Assembly: GCA_021613535.1 (NCBI GenBank)
Contig: CP075497.1
Span: forward strand, 62,001 to 126,000
DNA from: Adineta vaga
Lineage: Eukaryota > Animalia > Rotifera
Direction: 5' to 3'
DNA: 64,000 bases
The notes below the pieces were generated by a model, which was not told the DNA's origin, made no database searches, and saw only the letters and a program-made list of their open reading frames with translations. Below are positions 27,101 through 38,900 of the stretch, one piece after another. Position 1 is the first letter of the stretch, and each line of letters begins with the position of its first letter. The translations under genes were made by a program, and so were the position numbers.

Positions 27101-30100
27101 AGCGTGGAGTTTACATGTGGAGCTCACTTTTTTACCATTTCGAACGACTTTATGCATGCGTTCTTTGATTCATCTGACAGAATACTGAAAATTCAGAAAC
27201 CATCGCACAAATTATAATACCACTGCTGAAAGAGTATCTTCATGGTTCTTTATGAGGGCGCGCCAAACACGACCAATCGAGAGTCTAGCGAGTCTGCTCG
27301 ACGAGCGTTACGTCTTAATAATACCTTGCATATTTATTTCAAAGAACAAGCTATTAACGCAATCCATGCGGGATTAAAATGTGAAACACGATCTAACAGG
27401 TGGGCCATAAAGAATGATGGTCTCTATACTTTGACTATGGTTTCTTCCGGTTTTGATCTTTCAAGTTTACTCTTTCACCTAAAGATGTACCGTCAAGTTT
27501 TCTACAACAATGGGGAGCAAAGTTGCTCCTGAAGTAGGCTACTGGAAAAATTAGAAAAGATTATCTAGCATATAAGAAATACTTAACTTTCAAATCTAAG
27601 GAATGATTGTGTCTCTTATTTTTAGAAACTGGTGTGTTGATTTAAAAGGCTAAGTATGAGATAAGATGTAGCGTGAAAAGCTCTATAAGGTGCATCTAAA
27701 ACTATATTTCATATACTCAGTCCTTGCTACTAAAACAGACAAGATTCTGTCCGACAAGTTTTCGATGATTCGAATAGGATCAACTTTTGGAGAACTAGGG
27801 ATTTAATATTTCTTATTGACCTTTCTATTCCATAATATAAGGGATTAAAAGGAAACCAACTATTCTACAGGATGCTACGTCAAAAGCTGTACAATCTACA
27901 ACAAACAATTTGCGTTATATATGCACCTTCTATTTTTATAATAAGTAAAACTCTATAAGATCGAAAATGACTCGATCCAAAATTCCTTAGGTAAGATTTT
28001 GTCTATTTTGACAACAAAGTTCGTGTGTATAAACTATAATTTTATATGCACCTTGTAGAGTTTTTCATGCTGGATCTTATCCTACACTTTGTTCGAAAAA
28101 CACACTCATCATGACAAGAAAAAACTATACCAACAGCAGCCTGTATGAGACGTTTACTACCTCTTGAAAGTTGGGTACTTCTTAAATGTTAGATAAAGTT
28201 TTCTAATTCTTTAGGGTGTGGGTGTTGGAGTAGGTTCGGGTTAGGGTGAGAGTGTAATATGAACCCATACCCACTCTGGCGACTCTCGGCGACAATTCAT
28301 TAAAATCTGAAATTCTTTGGAGGTTTTGATCGTCTAGTATCCATTTGCCCACGCCCCAAATAGCAGCTCGGAACATGCAAGTAGTCTTTAGTCGTCATAG
28401 TCGTTCCGAGTTAGCAGCTTGGACTTTCGCTATGGTAAGGACCATTCAGTAATTTTTTTTGCCCAGACCTATTTTCGATCGACTATACACCTAACTGGAA
28501 GAAAAAACCACATGAACCAAAGTTTTCCCCAAACGTGGCTGGTTTCTCGCGGATTCACCCACTAGTATTCATCTCATCCTAAATATTCATCCACTGTATG
28601 TCTTTCTTAGGGGAAAAATACTAGCACTGAATTGTAAATTCTTTTCAGTAATAGAAGACAATGCAATCTTCTACAGTGACAGAGGAAGCGTTTACTTCGA
28701 CTCCAAAGCTATTATCTTGTCTCGATATTGATTAGTTTCCACGCCCAAAGGTTCATTATACTCCACTGTCAGCATCATCCTCCGAAACATATTTTACCTT
28801 TGGAAAAAGCACCAATAAAAGTGTATTTTGTTGTTTTCAGTTACAGAGTTTTATGTGCGCAATCCAAATTCTCTTATCGTGCTGTCGATGGAAGCCAATA
28901 AAAAACTGGAGGATTGTACTGGCGCTCACATACTCGACGAGTTATGCACCGGTAAACGAAACCAAAACTCTGGTAGACCACCTCGAATCGATTACAAAAA
29001 TAGCATGTTAGCTATTCAGACTAAATTCGACCTGTTCATGAACAATCATACTAATGGGGCACACGCTAATAAGCATATTCAAGAGCGCTTGAATATGTTC
29101 GAAGAAACCGTTTTTGTCAGTATGATTCCGGACGCAGGTCTTAAGGATGACGACAGCTTTGAGAGAACCGTGCAGTACATGAAATATTTACCACAGCGCG
29201 AGAAAGATTCTGTCGATGATTGGATCGAACAAACAGTTAACGAAAATGCCAGCAAGCCGTCGACACACTACTCGACATTCAATTCTGGAAAGTACCGCGA
29301 CTTGATTGGCATCAGAGAAGTCCGAGGAAGAATTCAAAGTCGTTGGTTGAAGGTGAGATTGCTACTAATACGAGTGTAGTTTTCGGTGGAGGAAGATGAT
29401 TTTGCCGATTATAAGGGCATTACCTATCTTTATTTTGTGGTAGGCTAATATTGTAGGAGTTATTGTACGCTATAGACTTCGACACTGACTTCATGATCGA
29501 TAATGACTGTCTGTTCGCGATTCGTCCTTTTCTCTTCTCTAAGTTCTTTCTTCTACACCAATCCGAGTTCTAGGGCACTAAGTCATGGCTAGAGTGATAG
29601 AGTAGTGTAATGAACGTTCACCCCGAAAAAAGTGTTAAACTATTTCTCTAGTTAGTCATTCTTCATCAGAATGAAACGAACACTACAGGCGTAACGAAAA
29701 AGTCTACTTTTATATGTTGTTCATTGCAGTAATCCTTTGAAGATATTCATAATTATAGACAGAAGGGTATTACAGTTCCACTAAAACTTTTTCTTACGAG
29801 TGTCCAAGAATGAAAGGCGGTGTCAGTAATTTGCTGTTATTTCGATCAAAATATTCAGTATGCGATTCTGCACCAAGGTGTCGATTTATTCCTAGCAGGA
29901 TTTATCTTGTGCTCTCAGAATATAACTCAGATGAATGAGTAACTACGCATCCAACTCTCAGAAATTTCTCGTCTTTTAGGTTAACCCAAAAATACCGAAT
30001 CCTGGATTTCTCCCTGTTACTCATCTTCCGATCTACATCATTTGCGAAAATTAGTCTACTGCATTGTCGACAACTACCATGTGGCGAATGTGACTCTTTT

Positions 30101-33046
30101 TTTCGAAAAACAACGTTGCGCTAGATAAAGGAACAGGAGAAAATCCAGGATACGGTATTTTTGGGTTAACCTAAAAGACGAGAAATTTCTGAGAGTTGGA
30201 TGCGTAGTTACTCATTCATCTGAGTTATATTCTGAGAGCACAAGATAAATCCTGCTAGGAATAAATCGACACCTTGGTGCAGAATCGTATACTGAGTGCT
30301 TTGATTGAAAAAAGTAAATATATACTTCATGCACTGATCGAAATAACAGCAAATTACTGACACTGCCATTCATTCTAGGACATCCGGTAGATTCGCAGAC
30401 TCTGATCTTTGCTTTGGAAATGACGGAGTCCAGACGAGGTTGATTGAGTCCACCTTCTATCTGCGCTTATTCATTGGGGGTGTGGGTGTTGAGTTCACCA
30501 TCTACAGCCACACCCACACCCATTCTGAATAAAATTCTGCTGAGATGTTTCATTTTTGGGGAGAATTTTGTATTTAGCTAGACAACAGACGGAGCGGTTT
30601 TCGTACGACTATTCATGTCCTACGCCTGGATAGAGTTCTGAGCAAAATTCTGCTTGAACATTTGACTCCTTGGCAGGGGCTGCTGCAGAATTCTTGCAAG
30701 CAGAATTGACAACTTTTAAACACAAAACAGTCAGTATTGCGATACTTCTGCGATGATTCACAGTCGTAATTTCCATCAGTGAACAAAGTTTTGAATTCAG
30801 CTTGACAAGAATTCTGCAGCCGCTCATACTCTAGTACCGCCACTAATCCTCGATAAAACTGAAAATAAAGCAAAGAAAAGGTAGATTTCTGACTGCAAAA
30901 ATGTTCGTGCGATTTAGAAACGATCTGAGAATTGTAGGGATCATGGCGGTGTTGAGCTATATGATAATGGTAAAAGGAACAAGCGGTGAGTCAAAAGATG
31001 GAAAACGAGAAAATGAGCTTGTACAGTCAAGTATGAGCGAAAGTTTCGGAAAAAAGAAGCCCATATCGAAACTAGGAATAATAGTATTCAGAAGGAAATC
31101 TCGTAAACTACACAGAAAGTACTTCAAGCGTTAGGATTTGTAGAAATGCTGCTTCTATTGTTAAAAGAAAACGGGCGTAAGACCAGCGCTATTTAACAGC
31201 GACACCATGCAAGTACTGTAGATTGTCTTTTCAGGCATTCAACATGACACTGCCGACCATAAAATCGAACCTAGCACGCCTACTCGCGAAGTATAATCTA
31301 GAATACGATGAAAAAGTGAAAGAGTACGTGCAGTCCAATCCAGCTCAAGTACGCACGGCTTACTTAACCTATGTGAATGAATTTCGTAGGAAAATCGCGT
31401 TTTATGCTGCATACAAGTCAGAAATCGAAGGCCATTTCCCACATGCTAAACATGGCACTAGTTATGAGGAAGTCGAACGTGATTTTCAGACACATTGGTC
31501 GCGATGGAGACCACTGACTTGGCCAGCTTATCTGAACGCCAACGAACTCAAGAAACATGCTTGTGCCCAAAGCTCCGAAGATCAAAGTCTGCACAAATTA
31601 CTAGATTCCAAATTATTAGGCTCAAGTCATTTTGACCGCTTGCAGAAACTATTTGCCTATATGGTGCTTGCCTTGCAACACGATGAGTTGACTGCCGACG
31701 AAATTGCCACGATTGAATCGCTCTTGTATGGGGGTCTCAGCTGCAGCGCCAATATGGACAAGTTCGTACGAGATATGATGCGTCGCCTCGTTCGTAAAAC
31801 ATTCGCCGTCGGCATTGCCTGGCTAACACAAATGTATACTTACTTACTCGACACTTTTCGAGAAGCTGTTACTAGTCTTTTGCTATCGGAGAATAACTAC
31901 GCTTATTTGAAAAACCATAGTCCTTTTCTTAAAATTGTTGAACTTGATTATCACCGAAAAATACGAACGATGACGCGTAGGGCTATATATGCCGTAAGAG
32001 ATACACGCTTTGCCTATAGCGCTTATGCTCACTACGATCTGACGGCGCGTTTAAAGAAGCTGAGTTTTTACATACCCGTCGAAATTTCGCATGAATTATA
32101 TTTAGAAAAAGTGCCAAACGTATTTGTCAAGGATGATGATAAAAGTAAGACAACTGCCAATAACTCCAGCGAATATCGACAAGTGACCATTGGGGAAATA
32201 TTTGCTAATATCGAAGCACCTCGACTTATTAGTTTCATCTTTGGTTCGGAGTCATATCTGACTACTAAACGTGACCAGAAATCGGGCTCTCATCACCCAA
32301 GTGCGCGTCAGACCGTCCGTGAGTTATATACAGCTACATGTGGTAAACTTTTATACGATATAGCCGCTCATTTCAATGCGCATGTTGTCATTGGTATTAA
32401 TGAATTCGACCAGATCGAACCGTATTCACCCCGGTCAATCACGACTCTTTTGACCGGTATGTCAGACTTCCAGATCGCTCGAATGGCCGATATTGATTTT
32501 GAGAAGGTGCTAAAAAGTCTTGATCACTACAAATGTATAATTGGCGAACTTACCGAAGCCAGCATATTGCTTAACAAAGTGTCACAGCAACTCCATAATT
32601 ATGCGACAAACACGTATGCTGAACTTGATCAGTTCGAAAAACGTTTCGAAAACAGTGTTAAAAAAGCGATGGATCAGCTCGACCATAGACGCAAGTTCAT
32701 ACATCCAATCGCGAGTGAACTATCGTCTTCTGGTTCTTATAGGTCTCAAATTAGGCTAGCCGGTGAAAGCAATATTCAGGAAGATGATGAGGAAGCCTAT
32801 GAAATTCAGGTTCTTCTTGACAGTACCGATGAAGCAATGTGCAAAGCCCATCTCGAGTACATTTATCAGCGTCACGACAATGAAGATCTGCGTGCTGGTC
32901 TTCTAGAAGGTGAATCACTAGATCAGGATTCGCTCAAACAAACAGCGACGGAGTATCAGAGATTATTCTCATCTTCATCAATGAACAGTGCAGGCTTTGT
33001 GAGCTTAGATTATACTAACAAGCGTTCAGGTAAGACAAGTTATTGA
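24181..33046 (+). CDS. Atypical dynamin-family GTPase, paralog B (3 exons, ~929 aa)
   Basis: G1 GERSTGKS, ATRCP, DLPG (exon 24181-24646), TKFD (exon 28841-29352), helical exon 31235-33046. Introns 24647-28840 and 29353-31234 are GT-AG and restore colinearity with paralog A (AAYKSEI, AWLTQMYTYLLD, YAHYD.TARLKKL, IFGSESYLT). The start may extend to an upstream exon (acceptor near 24159). Confidence 0.85.
26880..27135 (+). repeat. Dispersed repeat, homolog of 19440-19720
   Basis: Shares the blocks listed for 19440-19720. Confidence 0.7.
27560..28195. mobile_element. Old MITE-like element with diverged inverted arms
   Basis: ATCTAGCATATAAGAAATACTTAACTTTCAA vs TTGAAAGTTGGGTACTTCTTAAATGTTAGAT; GATAAGAT...AAGGTGCAT vs ATGCACCTT...ATCTTATC. 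Confidence 0.55.
28213..28276. repeat. Degenerate head-to-head telomeric scar
   Basis: AGGGTGTGGGTG...AGGGTGAG, spacer, ACCCATACCCAC. Confidence 0.45.
29801..30382. mobile_element. Foldback/MITE (~580 bp) with near-identical inverted arms in intron 2 of dynamin B
   Basis: 29855-30019 is an almost exact reverse complement of 30132-30295; outer arms 29801-29848 and 30334-30382 also pair. Confidence 0.85.
30476..30522. repeat. Short head-to-head telomeric scar
   Basis: GGGGGTGTGGGTG-spacer-CCACACCCACACCC. Confidence 0.6.
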
Positions 33047-33152
33047 TAAAAAAACTAGCGTTACTGATGTGACACAAGAAAAGACATCGATTTTCGACTT
33101 TTGATGTTTAGCTTGAAAGAACTCCTTGATGGGAGAGTACTTTCGAGATCGA

Positions 33153-33204
33153 TGGGTGGGTGTGGGTTTCACTTCTCTGTTCACACCCACACCCGCCTAC
33201 CCAC
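33153..33204. repeat. Short head-to-head telomeric scar
   Basis: TGGGTGGGTGTGGG-TTTCACTTCTCTGTT-CACACCCACACCCGCCTACCCAC. Confidence 0.65.
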
Positions 33205-35946
33205 TTATCTAGATATCGCGATCTCTAAGATCAAACTGAAAAAGAATAACGACTTTTTGCCTACAAAGCGATCTTAAATGAAACAGCTGTTAGCGCAATC
33301 TCTTCCCGATTATAATGTGAAACACGAATCAATAGCGGATACTTTTTATAATGTCAACCGTGATTTTTCGAATAACGCATGATTGGCGATATCTGTCGAG
33401 TTCGTGTTTTCGTCAGTAGAGTGTTAACTAGCAGTTTGGATGCATAGACATCGCCTCGTCTTGCCGCTTATCTGTACGTGAGTGCATGTCCACGTTGTTG
33501 TTCTTCCCTCTCGGTTGCTTCTATCTCCTTTTCCTGCAAGTCCCTTGTATTTCTCGAGTCTCGAATAAAACACGTGTGCAGTGTGTATCGTTTCACTACG
33601 TAACAAAAGAGAGCAAGTGCGCCGCTATATATTAAGATATATCGTAAGGTAATGTTGATAAAGTGTTACCACATGGTAAGATTCGACCGTAAAGGGTTAA
33701 ACTAATGGATGACTGCGGATTGGGGACAAAGTGAAGATGAGAATGAAACTGGGAGTGAGTGGATGGCTGTGAACAATCTCATGGAGTCGAGTAAACGAGG
33801 ATATCACAGTAACGCTGGCTTAATATTGGAGGACCGCATGATAGATATATATATATTCGATTATGAGAGTGAAGATGAAGAGAAATCTATCAACACTACT
33901 CTCTGATACTCTGTTGTCCTCATCTCCAAACTTCACTCATCTATTATACAATTTTGGTCGACGTTGTGTTTTTATCCTCCTTTTGACTACCAAAGACCCG
34001 CCGCACAAAATGAAAAAATAGTGGGTTAATCCTATGAAGGACTATTAAGACTTATTATAATTGTTTTTGTTTTATACTCAACCTGTTCAATTTCTTTAAG
34101 AAACTCAGACACAACAGGAGACAATCCGGTCCAGAGAAGACATCTTTCGCAAGCTGGAACTATTCCAGGAAGAGCGCAGTGACAACTTCGTATCTACCTC
34201 GATTGTGAACGAAGAACTGGAAGACGTAGAACCGGACACTTCCACAAATAATCCAACGGACAAACCAATGGCGTCCCTTCCGAACCCGTATGTTGACCAT
34301 GAATTACCACCAAAATTAAGAAAGAAAAAATTTATCAAACCAAAATAAGAATTTTTTAAACTTTTCCGAAAACTAACACTTTTTCGTTTTTGTTGAGAAA
34401 TGAATAACCTGTAACGAATTATAAAGATTGATATGATGACACTAGACACCATAATGTGTATCTAACTCTTTGGTCTTGTACAACATTGATGGTAATTGTA
34501 CTAGTTCATCTCTTTATACGTTACTGACAAATGGAGAGACATATTATGCCTTTATTCCCATTCAGGGCTTGATGTTTATTCGGCTATGTACTACATCCAA
34601 ATGCAACATTTGCACATACAACACGAGTTTATATAGTAGAGAGAAAGAAAGAGAGAGAACATTGAAGAATACAATTAGTTAATGGAAGAATAGAAAAGAG
34701 ATAGAAGCACGACATTCAATGAGATTGAACTTACATAATCCGTCAATTCACATCTCAATATGTATAGATCTATCAGTGAACTTGTCATCTTTCTCTTACG
34801 TAATATCAATCTAATCTAGTGCCATTCAAAGTGTCGAACCTCATTATAATACATGAATAATTGATTGGCTATCTCAATTTAATCTAGAGCAAGCAACGAT
34901 AGGGACACGTAAATCTGTGAATAAGAGAAAATGACTAACCCATCTCCTCTAGAAGTGGAAACGTTATAATGTGAATACCTAACACATAATCTGTTGGCAC
35001 AGATATTTCACATCTTCTTTTCATATCTTTCATCAGCATCTGATCGGGAAGCGATCGCAACTGGAACCATAATTTTACCGGTGATAATAAAGAAGATAGA
35101 TTTACTATTTACTTCAACAATACTGCTGCAATAGTTCATATGGAGATCTTTTTTAAATACCATTTCAACTAGTATTTTTTCCAATTTTTTTAGAGATCTT
35201 TCATCAGCATCTGATCGGGAAGCGGGTGGAATTGAAATCAAGGGTTTTTCTCGAAAAGCAGAAAGTTGCACTTGTTTTGTTTTTATATATTACGGGTTCA
35301 ATTGTTTGAATCGAAATCTTTATATAATATCGTTGGAAGGATGGTATTAATGAGGTTTTTCGATGTTCTCAATTGGAATTTAACCCGCTAGAAAAAGAAT
35401 TTATGTTTGTGGTTATAGGTCGAAAAATAAAAGAAATTTTTACATTTGTTTTTGTACTGCTCAGCTTTTTCTCTTCAAATGAAGGTTGTTTGCGAATATT
35501 TTTCTTTTTTTTTGGTTGAATAGTTCTGTTTTATTTTTGATGAATGAATTTTTTAATTAAATGGATGATGAAGAGTAGAATGTCGCTTGATTTTTGATTG
35601 AGTTTAGTTTAATTTTTCAGGTTACGATGGAAAGATTTATTCCATATTTAACTATATTTATTTTTTTTATCGTTGATTTACGTTTCTTCGTTTATGGTGA
35701 CTTTGGTTTATTTTGAAATGTTTTTGTCTTGAAGAGATTCATCTGAAAAATAGATTTTAACAATTGTACGCGCTCTCATTTTTTTGTTCTCTTCTCGCAT
35801 ATGGAATATGTCATTGCAATATATTGAGATTGATTTGGAATTTTTCGGATTAAATTTATTTTGTATGTAAGATAATTTTTGAAAGTATGTAAAAATGAGA
35901 GTAACGAAGTATTCGTCAAAGAATGCTTTAAATCAATGATGGTGAA

Positions 35947-38900
35947 TAGGGGTGGGTCACTTAACTTAATTTGACTTAATTAAGCGACTTAATTAAGTCT
36001 TTTCACTTAACACTTAATATTATGCAGTTAAGTTTTTTAAAAAGACTTAATTTCTTAATAATAAGCCTTAAGTGAAAACTTAATATTTAAAATTAAGTGT
36101 TAAGTGAAAAGCTTGATACTTAGTGTTAAGCGTTAAGCAGAAACTTAACACTTAATATTAGGTAATTAATTTTTTCGAAAAACTTAACGGCTTAATATTA
36201 AGCGTTAAGTGTTCGCTTAACACTTAATATTAAGTATTAAGCTTTTTCACTTAACACTTAATTTTTAAGAAAATTAAGTGATTAAGTTTAGGTGTGTCTA
36301 ATAGAGTTTATTGGGGAAAAGCAGTAAATCAATATGTATCAACAATCACTAGAATCCTACATAGCGAAGTCTGATGGGATTCTAGCTGTAGGTTCTTAGT
36401 TACAGTATTTTGCTTTGAATAAAACATCTATCAGATTTAGTTCAGCTTATTTATAAAATCAATTTGCGGAAAACTAAATAAGATTTTGCGTTAATGCATA
36501 TCGAAATAGTTGTACAAATTTAGTTTAATTTGTTTAAACCGAGTGGGCTGGTGTCAAATATAGTTGCACGAACCAGGAACACCTCTTGAAAGGATGAAAT
36601 AAATTCATTCTATGAGCATATGGATAAATTTAGGCGAGGCATCTATATATATTCAGTATACACGCCTATTTTCGTTTTATATTCCACGCATTCATATGCT
36701 TTCACCTATCAAAAGGAAAACTTTTCTCAAGGAACGTACTATTCCAGTTTTATCGCACTTCTTACATAGTGATTCTCTAAAACTATTGATCTTGATATTT
36801 ACAAGTTGTGCAAAAATTTTCTGGTGAATATAGTGTTGATTGCTACTGTCATAAAATTGTTTTTCTCTTCGGCGTTCACTTTAATTTTCAGATGGACAAA
36901 TATCATATTGAATTCTCGCGCCCTCTTCAGGAAACATTTTTGTAAAAAAATACCTTTGGTAAAAAGTGTTCCACAACGTAGGTTCTAATTATTATAATAT
37001 GATAACAAAGATCCACAAAAGAGCCAAAGAAGAACAGAAAAAAAACAGATGAATGAAATTTTGAAAACAGAGCGAAGGCACAGTGTTAAAAAATGATTGG
37101 TTCTACGTTGAACGGCGGTTATTCTTAAGAATCACGTGATATACTAACAATCTGAACCATATTTCTTTTTTCATTAAATTAATTGCATTATTTTTGCATA
37201 TTCAAACATATCATGAATTCTGATAAGGAAAATCGAAATGATGATAATCAAAAGTCATCATCAATTTCTAAAAGTCCGTATAATTTACGTCGTAATCAGG
37301 TGCAACCTGGTGCTATTTCTAAAAGAAGTAGTTCAACAAAACGAAGGAAAGATACTTCTCTGACAGTTTCACAGACTTCCAACCAAAGTTCAAATTCATC
37401 AGCTGTACAAGATGTCCCAATCCGTAAGTAGAAGATTTCAACTTTACTATGCATATATTCAGTGGGAATGCAACATTTTCCGTTTTACTAGATACGTCTG
37501 ATACATCTTTCTCAACATCAGTCGAAGAGACAAATCTGAATACATCATCTTCTATATCATTCTACGAACCAAGTAATGATAGTGTGAATGTGGCACCTGA
37601 TGAAGAAACAAATGAAGTTCGTGTCGTCGATCGAATGGATGATCAACCTGCAATTACGCAATCTGTTCAAAAGATTCGACAAGAAAGAAAAAAAACAGAT
37701 TTAGTTACGTCTTATTTCGATCCATTAGGTGACAATAATTATCTTTGCCACGAATGCACCAGAGTAAGCATCTTCATGTCTGATGAAACACATGAATAAT
37801 TCTCGCAATATTTACCTTTATTAAGATCGTTAAAACATGCAACAACAACACCGTCAATCTTCGTAGTCATTTAGGTCGTCGACATCATATGACAGAATTT
37901 CTGTTTCCTTCTCAACAGCAGCAACAAATTTTGAAAGTAAATCCAATTAAAGCCGAAAAACGACGAGTATTCGATAAAGCTGCACTTGATTGTATAATCA
38001 CCGATGGTCGTTCTTTTGGAGATCTTCGTCGTCAAGGAATGTCAAAATTTTTAAATGTTATATATCCTGGATAGTAAGTCAATAAACAAATAAATCGTGA
38101 AGCTTTATCAGTTTTTTCATCGAGTACTTGATGTGTAGATTATTATCAGATTACATTAATTATAGATAAACGGTTGTGTTTATGATCTATAAGTTTTCTT
38201 CCTCTTAATACAAATTTTTGACACTTATCACAATATTCTATATCTCCTCTTTTTTAGTCGTGCTCCAACTCGAAAGAAAATTCGTCGTGATCTTACTTCT
38301 GAATATGTTAAGTATCGTAAAGAACTTAAGTCAACACTTGCTACTGTTAAAGCAATTGCTTTAACAGCAGATGTATGGACCAAGAATAAGACATCTTTTC
38401 TTTGTTTAACTGGTCATGTACTAAACAAAAAATTCGAATCAGTTCCTCTTGTATTAGGATTTCGTCATTTTTCTGGTCCACATCGGGCTGATAATATTCG
38501 ACATTACATTGTTCATGAAATAACACAATTACAAATTGGCGATAAAGTAACAGCTATTGTAACTGATAATGGACCAGATATTAAAAAAGCCATTAATGAC
38601 ATTCAAGATGGTCTTCGATTCTCGTGTGCTGCACATGATCTCAACCTTGTCGTCAAAAATGGTTTAGGTTTATTTGATGGTAAACCAAAACAAAAAAAGT
38701 ATGTATTTGTTTTGTAGGAAAAAATTCCTCGACAGTGAATTTTTAAGATAATAATGAAATCAAGCTACTTACTAATAGTTAGATGAAATTGAAATGAAGG
38801 TTTAAATTCGCAAAACGGGTTATAATATTCTTACGTAACTTTTTTCGAATTGGTTGACTTAATTTATAAAACACATCTAAACTATCTATAGTTTATTCAT

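Noticed and set aside
33709-34350. Acidic ORF fragments with faint FLYWCH/MULE-like SKRG..LIL motif
   Set aside because: Too short and degenerate to assign a family.
35015-35225. Minus-strand CTGATGA...GAAA within a ~25-bp direct repeat (TCTTTCATCAGCATCTGATCGGGAAGCG x2)
   Set aside because: No stem II or stem I pairing; better explained as a local duplication in decayed sequence.
35947-35956. TAGGGGTGGG as a telomeric seed
   Set aside because: It is the hAT TIR terminus, matched at 41633-41642.
35973-36335. Periodic TTAA-rich repeats resembling a CRISPR array or satellite
   Set aside because: No unique spacers; mirrored at 41408-41616, so these are hAT subterminal repeats.
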